Assembly (NCBI GenBank): GCA_963712275.1
Contig: CAVQHD010000001.1
Coordinates: forward strand, 928,001-992,000
DNA: 64,000 bases
Reading direction: 5' to 3'
DNA from: an uncultured Rhabdochlamydiaceae bacterium
GTDB lineage: Bacteria; Chlamydiota; Chlamydiia; Chlamydiales; Rhabdochlamydiaceae
Part shown: positions 58,899 to 64,000 of the stretch, piece by piece
Layout: each line of letters starts with the position of its first letter
How positions within the stretch are numbered: the stretch's first letter is position 1
The notes under the pieces: model-generated
Told to the model about the DNA's origin: nothing
Seen by the model: only the letters and a program-made list of their open reading frames with translations
The model's database searches: none
Translations under genes and position numbers: made by a program

Positions 58899-59612
58899 AT
58901 GGCAACTCTTTCAAATGGAAAAATTGAGTGCCCAATTGCAAGCTGTGAGAGTATGAGTATGACCATTGACAGCCTCCGCAACCCATTTATCGGTTATTTG
59001 GTTGCAAAGGGGATTCAAATCACGATGGAAGAGTTGTTCCCTCCATTAAGAAAATACGAACGATGGGAAATGAAACATGGCCGGACTTATGTCCCAGGCC
59101 CGGCTCGTCCGCCCTACGGTGTTAAACTGCCCAGCCGCTATGAATCTTGTCCAGGACTTTATTGCGAAGAACGGAAAAAAATTCGCCTATGGTATGACCT
59201 GACTTTTAAGTGGAAGACTAGGTCGGAGTTTTACGTCATCCTTGGAAGCACGTTCCCTATTTCGACATTTTTAATTATTTATCATCGGCAAGACCCAGCT
59301 TTTTTAAAAGATCCTTTAATCATTAAAATGCTCTTTTATACCACAATAACGTTAGGCATCCACATGCTTCAGCGAGGAGCTTATCTTCTAATGAAAAGTT
59401 GTATCTGTCCTTTTCTGCCGGTCGTCATTCAAAATATTGTCAGCAGAATTCTAAAAGTTGTAGAGCCTGCAAAAGTCATTTTTGAAGGAGAGTGGGAAAA
59501 AGAGGATGGAGAGCCCGTTATTGATTTTTACATCGAACCTGAAGGCGAGCTTAGCTTTGGATACCATTGGGAAGACAGAACGCGGCATCCTGATTGGGAG
59601 CCCGCATGGTAA
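58899..59612 (+). CDS. Hypothetical two-TM protein (copy 2), fused in frame to the start of the deleted U-box gene
   Basis: Near-identical to 52896-53555 from 58953 onward; the first 18 codons derive from the deletion remnant. Confidence 0.75.
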   Translation: MATLSNGKIECPIASCESMSMTIDSLRNPFIGYLVAKGIQITMEELFPPLRKYERWEMKHGRTYVPGPARPPYGVKLPSRYESCPGLYCEERKKIRLWYDLTFKWKTRSEFYVILGSTFPISTFLIIYHRQDPAFLKDPLIIKMLFYTTITLGIHMLQRGAYLLMKSCICPFLPVVIQNIVSRILKVVEPAKVIFEGEWEKEDGEPVIDFYIEPEGELSFGYHWEDRTRHPDWEPAW

Positions 59613-59780
59613 TTTTTTAGATATTTAAATCATTTGAAAATGATTGGAACTCAATATCTATGTTATTAACATAGAGCATGTTGAGTCCTTTCACGCAAGA
59701 TTTTCTTGCGTGGAGGTGCAATCTCTGCTACAATTGAGTCTAAAAGCATTAAAATCTTGCATAAGGGTGTCATGGTTCAT

Positions 59781-60887
59781 ATGAAACTGAAAATTGGCCA
59801 AAGCATCAAAAAAGCTAGAGAACTAAGGGGATTAGAGCAAAAAGATCTTGCTGAGGCCATGGGCTTGGCGCGGCAAAGCATTAGCGATATCGAATTAGGA
59901 AAGCGTGAACTCAAAGCATTAGAGCTTTATGCAATTGCGCGTATCCTATGTGTAAGTCCTGATAATCTACTTGGACAGGATAACATGCAAATAGAGGAGA
60001 ACTTATCTGTTCTCTGGCGTCAAAAACCCACCCATAATGAAAAGGCAGCCGTATTGAAATTTGCAGCTAAATGTGAAGATTACTGTTGGATTGAACAATT
60101 AGTTTGTGGATCAAACAACCAGACTAAGATCGTAAAAAATTTGCCGAATATACCTCTCAATATAGAACATTTTACCTTTGAAAATGCTTATGGGTTAGCC
60201 GAACGTGTCAGAAGTGAGATGTCCTTAGGGGATTTCCCAGCTTCTCAGCTGATCAATGTTCTAGAAGATTTTTATAATGTTAAATTCATTGTTGATGATA
60301 AATGCGAAGCTTCTGCAGCTTCTTCTAGGTCTTCCAAGGGGTTATTTACCTTAATCAACGGCAAGAACATTGAACCACGACAACACTTTAGTATTGCTCA
60401 CGAATTATTTCATTTGCTTACTTGGGATGATGAATTATTGCTCACAGTTAAAAAAGACGATAAGTTACATAGCAAAAATGAACAGCTAGCTGATGCGTTT
60501 GCTGCAGGACTTCTCATTCCTCAAGAAAAATTGCGTGCAGAAATTTCAAGGATTTGTGGGAAAAATATTATTACTTCAGTTGACGTTATGGCTTTAGCAG
60601 AGCAGTTTCGTGTATCAGGCTTGGCTATGCTTAATCGAATCTATCATTTAAAATTACTACCTAAGAGCCAATTTGAAGAAATGAAAACCCAATTGCCAGG
60701 GAGGACTCTTCGTAAAGATGTAATATCACTTGTACATCGATTAAGAAGCAAGTTTGTACAGCTTGTTTATTTAGCTTACGAACGTACCCAAATTTCAAGA
60801 GCAAAGGCTGCGAAGCTGCTAGGAGTAGACCTAAGTGACTTATCGGATTTGTTTCTAGAGTATGAGCTACTCGAAATACATGGCTGA
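59781..60887 (+). CDS. XRE HTH + ImmA/IrrE family metallopeptidase
   Basis: N-terminal HTH (LEQKDLAEAMGLARQSISDIELG); FSIAHELFH; EQLADAFAAGLLIP. Confidence 0.9.
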   Translation: MKLKIGQSIKKARELRGLEQKDLAEAMGLARQSISDIELGKRELKALELYAIARILCVSPDNLLGQDNMQIEENLSVLWRQKPTHNEKAAVLKFAAKCEDYCWIEQLVCGSNNQTKIVKNLPNIPLNIEHFTFENAYGLAERVRSEMSLGDFPASQLINVLEDFYNVKFIVDDKCEASAASSRSSKGLFTLINGKNIEPRQHFSIAHELFHLLTWDDELLLTVKKDDKLHSKNEQLADAFAAGLLIPQEKLRAEISRICGKNIITSVDVMALAEQFRVSGLAMLNRIYHLKLLPKSQFEEMKTQLPGRTLRKDVISLVHRLRSKFVQLVYLAYERTQISRAKAAKLLGVDLSDLSDLFLEYELLEIHG

Positions 60888-61419
60888 TATGCGTTCGAAA
60901 ATTATCATTCCAGATGCGCAAGTGATCATTGATTTACATCGACTCTCCTTATGGAAGCATGTCATCCGGACCTTTGATATTGGAATCACACCAATCATTG
61001 TTCAAGAATCGCGTTTTTATAAGGATAGCCAGGAGAAAAAAATACCTATCCTTCTAAAGGATGATATCGAAGCTAAGTCAATACGTGTTATAGAGACGTC
61101 CATGGGACAGATAGCACATTTGTATACTTTTTTTCATCCGAACATCCAATCTCCCCTAGACCCTGGCGAATTGGAGGCGATAGCCTTTCTCAAAAGTCAA
61201 AAGGTGGATGATCATCTCTTTGTATCAGGTGATGCGCTTGCAATAAAGTACATAGGCGCTCTTGGATTAAGGCATCGTTCAATTTCTTTGCAAAAACTGT
61301 TCGAGCTACGTGGTATTAAGGCCAAACTTGAACACAAATACTATGACAGTAGGTTTCAGACAATGCTCGATGAAGGGTTTCGAGACTCTCAATTTTTAAT
61401 TCGAAAGCCTGCAAAGTGA
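60880..61419 (+). CDS. PIN-domain-like protein (putative toxin partner of ImmA/IrrE)
   Basis: IIIPDAQVIIDL...LDPGELEAIA...FVSGDALA. Confidence 0.7.
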   Translation: MADMRSKIIIPDAQVIIDLHRLSLWKHVIRTFDIGITPIIVQESRFYKDSQEKKIPILLKDDIEAKSIRVIETSMGQIAHLYTFFHPNIQSPLDPGELEAIAFLKSQKVDDHLFVSGDALAIKYIGALGLRHRSISLQKLFELRGIKAKLEHKYYDSRFQTMLDEGFRDSQFLIRKPAK

Positions 61420-61428
61420 TTCAAATCC

Positions 61429-61839
61429 TTACCACTTAGTAGTGTACTTTTGATCCAGCAGTCCCAAGATCATCGCATGCTTGAGAGCTATTGAACATCC
61501 GAACTCAGGCTCTTGGGGAGGTGTATATGTCATACGAGTTAGAGCTGTAAGCTGATAAAGAGAGCAGCAATTTTCCGGGGATTCAACGAGATTCGTTAAA
61601 GGAGTAAATACTTTTTCTGCGAGAAACTTTGCCAGCTGTTTTGAATCTTCTGTTATTTCTAAACCTCTTTTCACAGATACAACTCTACGCGCAATGAAAT
61701 CTGTACTAACAGCGCCTTCATAGCCTTCTACGGTTACGATGTCATTTACCCACCCGAGTTTAACATTGACATTGTGTGCAAAAACCTCATTGAGGTCAGC
61801 AACGGATTTTGCTTTTGTAATAACCTGAGATAAGTCCAT
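61429..61839 (-). CDS. Hypothetical protein
   Basis: AGGAGG RBS before ATG 61839. Confidence 0.6.
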   Translation of the reverse strand: MDLSQVITKAKSVADLNEVFAHNVNVKLGWVNDIVTVEGYEGAVSTDFIARRVVSVKRGLEITEDSKQLAKFLAEKVFTPLTNLVESPENCCSLYQLTALTRMTYTPPQEPEFGCSIALKHAMILGLLDQKYTTKW

Positions 61840-61946
61840 TTTTTTCCTCCTTGTTAGAGATGAGACTTCACAATTTAGCACCACGGAAAATTCTTGTAAA
61901 ATTTCTTAGAGAAAGAATAATATTTTTGTATTCAATGGAGTGAATT

Positions 61947-62153
61947 ATGTCATCAAGGAGTGGATGGGATCTCAGTACAGATGTCATGGGTCGGAAGTGG
62001 GGGTGGCCCCAAAGTGCAAGATCATCTATTTCTAAAAAAGAAGGAGAACCCAGTCTTCTCTCACGAGTTCCACCTGAAATCTTAGTTAGAATTTTCGCGG
62101 GCTTTAACCGAAATGAATTGATCAGTTTCCCCAATAATTTCCCTATCGTATAA
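61947..62153 (+). pseudogene. Truncated F-box protein remnant
   Basis: [23 protein letters not shown] is an F-box start, and the frame then runs antisense into the oppF 3' end. Confidence 0.5.
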
Positions 62154-63074
62154 ATGACAAGCGACTTTTTGTCCTGACGGATGAGTTTTGAGCTTTGGAC
62201 ACACCAACTTGCAGAGGGGCATTGCATGGGGGCATCGGGGGTGGAAAGCACACCCTGTCGGAGGATGGATGGGACTGGGAGGGTCTCCGTGCAAGATGGA
62301 GCGGGGAGGGCGGCCTCTTTCTGAAGGATCGATAGATGGAATGGCTGCGATAAGGGCCTGGGTGTAAGGATGCTTGGGCTGAGAGAAGACGAGGGAAGCA
62401 GGACCTTGTTCCACAATCTTGCCAAGATACATCACGGCAACCTGGTCCGCGATATATTTAACCATCCGTAAATCGTGGGAGATGAAAAGATAGGTGAGGC
62501 CGAACTTATGTTGGAGCTCTTTGAGAAGATTGACAATTTGGGCTTGTACAGAGACGTCGAGTGCGGCAATTGGTTCATCGCAGACTAAAAAGCGAGGGTT
62601 GGAGATGAGGGCCCTTGCAATTCCAATGCGCTGTCTTTGCCCTCCGCTAAATTCATGCGGATATCTGAACCGGTGGTCGGGGTTAAGCCCGACTTGCTGA
62701 AAAGCCTCTATGATTCGGCGGGGAGAGATGTCCATTCCATGGATCGTTAAGGGCTCTGAAACGATTCCTTCTGCAGTCATTCGGGGATTTAAGGAAGCGT
62801 AAGGATCTTGAAAAATCATCTGCGCTTCTTGCCGCCATTTTTTAAGCTCGCGGGAAGAGAGAGAAAATAGATCGACTTGATTGAAGCGCACAGTTCCAGA
62901 GGTGGGTTCGATAAGCCGCAGGAGAAGACGGCCGAGTGTCGACTTCCCACATCCGCTTTCTCCCACAATGGCTACGGTTTCTCCTTCCTTAATCTCGAGT
63001 GATACATCGCTGACAGCTGTTAAAAGACCTTTGGATGTCGTGAATTGTTTTGTGAGGTTGCGAATAGAGATCAT
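62082..63074 (-). CDS. oppF: Oligopeptide ABC transporter ATP-binding subunit
   Basis: Motifs [21 protein letters not shown] and GCAFHPRC. Confidence 0.92.
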   Translation of the reverse strand: MISIRNLTKQFTTSKGLLTAVSDVSLEIKEGETVAIVGESGCGKSTLGRLLLRLIEPTSGTVRFNQVDLFSLSSRELKKWRQEAQMIFQDPYASLNPRMTAEGIVSEPLTIHGMDISPRRIIEAFQQVGLNPDHRFRYPHEFSGGQRQRIGIARALISNPRFLVCDEPIAALDVSVQAQIVNLLKELQHKFGLTYLFISHDLRMVKYIADQVAVMYLGKIVEQGPASLVFSQPKHPYTQALIAAIPSIDPSERGRPPRSILHGDPPSPIHPPTGCAFHPRCPHAMPLCKLVCPKLKTHPSGQKVACHLYDREIIGETDQFISVKARENSN

Positions 63075-64000
63075 TTGTTTTTCACCGGTTGCTTCAGCCA
63101 GCAGAGGCTCTTATGGCGGACGCCCGTCGTAAAAAGGGGAGGTTCCTCCTCTCTGCACTGAGAATGAACATACGGGCACCGCGGGGCAAAGGCGCACCCT
63201 TTAATAGGTGTGGAAAGATCGGGGGGCGATCCTGGGATTGCCGCGAGAGTACGGGAAGCAAAGGTGGGAATGGATTTTAGAAGCTGCTCTGTGTAAGGGT
63301 GTGCAGGGGCTGCAAAGAGCTCATCGATGGGAGCGTCTTCGACGATTTGTCCTGCGTACATTACAATCACACGGTCGCAAAAGGAGGCCACAAGGCTTAA
63401 GTCATGCGAGACGAGGATGGTAGTTTTGTTTTTTTGCAGGGTGGAGAGTAATTGCATGATTTGCGCTTGAATGGTTGTGTCTAAAGCTGTTGTGGGTTCA
63501 TCGGCAATTAGAAGGGAGGGCTCTGCTACAAGAGCAAGAGCGATTAAAACCCTTTGGCGAAGTCCTCCGCTGAGCAGGTGAGGATATTGTGTTAGCCGAA
63601 GCTCAGGTTCTGCGACACCTACCTGCTTGAGCAGCTCTAGAGCTTTTTCTGCTGCTTCGCTTTTTGTGGTTTTAGGAAAATGCCTTCGATACCCTTCTGC
63701 AATCTGCGCCCCAATTTTTTGCGTGGGGTTGAGAAACGTCATAGGGTCTTGAAACACCATTGCAATTTCCTTTCCTCGAACCTTTTGCATCTCGCGGTCT
63801 GTCAGACTTGAAAGAAGCCTATCCTGGTAGTGGATCGTGCCTCCAGAGAGGGTCATCGAGGAGGGTAGCAGCTGCATAATCGATCGCATGAGAACTGTTT
63901 TTCCGCTTCCCGACTCGCCCACAATTCCTAATCTTTCACCTTCGTTGAGTGAAAAGCTCACATTCCGAATCACCGGCCCTGTTTTGACTTGAATTTGAAG
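63071..64000 (-). CDS. oppD: Oligopeptide ABC transporter ATP-binding subunit (5' end probably beyond the window)
   Basis: Motifs GESGSGKT, LSGGLRQR and DEPTTALD. Confidence 0.92.
   Translation of the reverse strand, partial: LQIQVKTGPVIRNVSFSLNEGERLGIVGESGSGKTVLMRSIMQLLPSSMTLSGGTIHYQDRLLSSLTDREMQKVRGKEIAMVFQDPMTFLNPTQKIGAQIAEGYRRHFPKTTKSEAAEKALELLKQVGVAEPELRLTQYPHLLSGGLRQRVLIALALVAEPSLLIADEPTTALDTTIQAQIMQLLSTLQKNKTTILVSHDLSLVASFCDRVIVMYAGQIVEDAPIDELFAAPAHPYTEQLLKSIPTFASRTLAAIPGSPPDLSTPIKGCAFAPRCPYVHSQCREEEPPLFTTGVRHKSLCWLKQPVKNK

Overview
Chromosomal window from an environmental chlamydia. Gene order and content (ffh-rpsP-trmD-rplS-rnhB-yicC-gmk-CT031-like-metG, recD2, priA, ftsY/truA/map, htpX, oppDF) fit Parachlamydiales/Rhabdochlamydia/Simkania-like organisms; the taxon is inferred. 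Two accessory blocks stand out. (1) An integrase-less island of about 9.4 kb at tRNA-Asn(GTT), 12.7-22.2 kb. The tRNA sits between two 170-bp palindromic MITEs. The island carries a ~1800-aa protein with a PARP-like domain, ankyrins, a DUF294 nucleotidyltransferase and 12 TPRs, several intact or decayed toxin-antitoxin genes, and a 338-bp IS200/IS605-type mini-element that appears to consist only of a promoter and a structured omega-RNA. (2) A tandem-duplicated module downstream of htpX, 46-59.6 kb. It encodes an NLR-like protein (kinase-like domain, NACHT, 26 near-identical but surface-variable ankyrin repeats, C-terminal CaaX box), divergent from a U-box-like membrane protein and a small membrane protein. 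The second copy has 8 repeats, an ISAs1 insertion and an internal deletion of the U-box gene. All domain calls come from motif recognition by eye, not from database searches.
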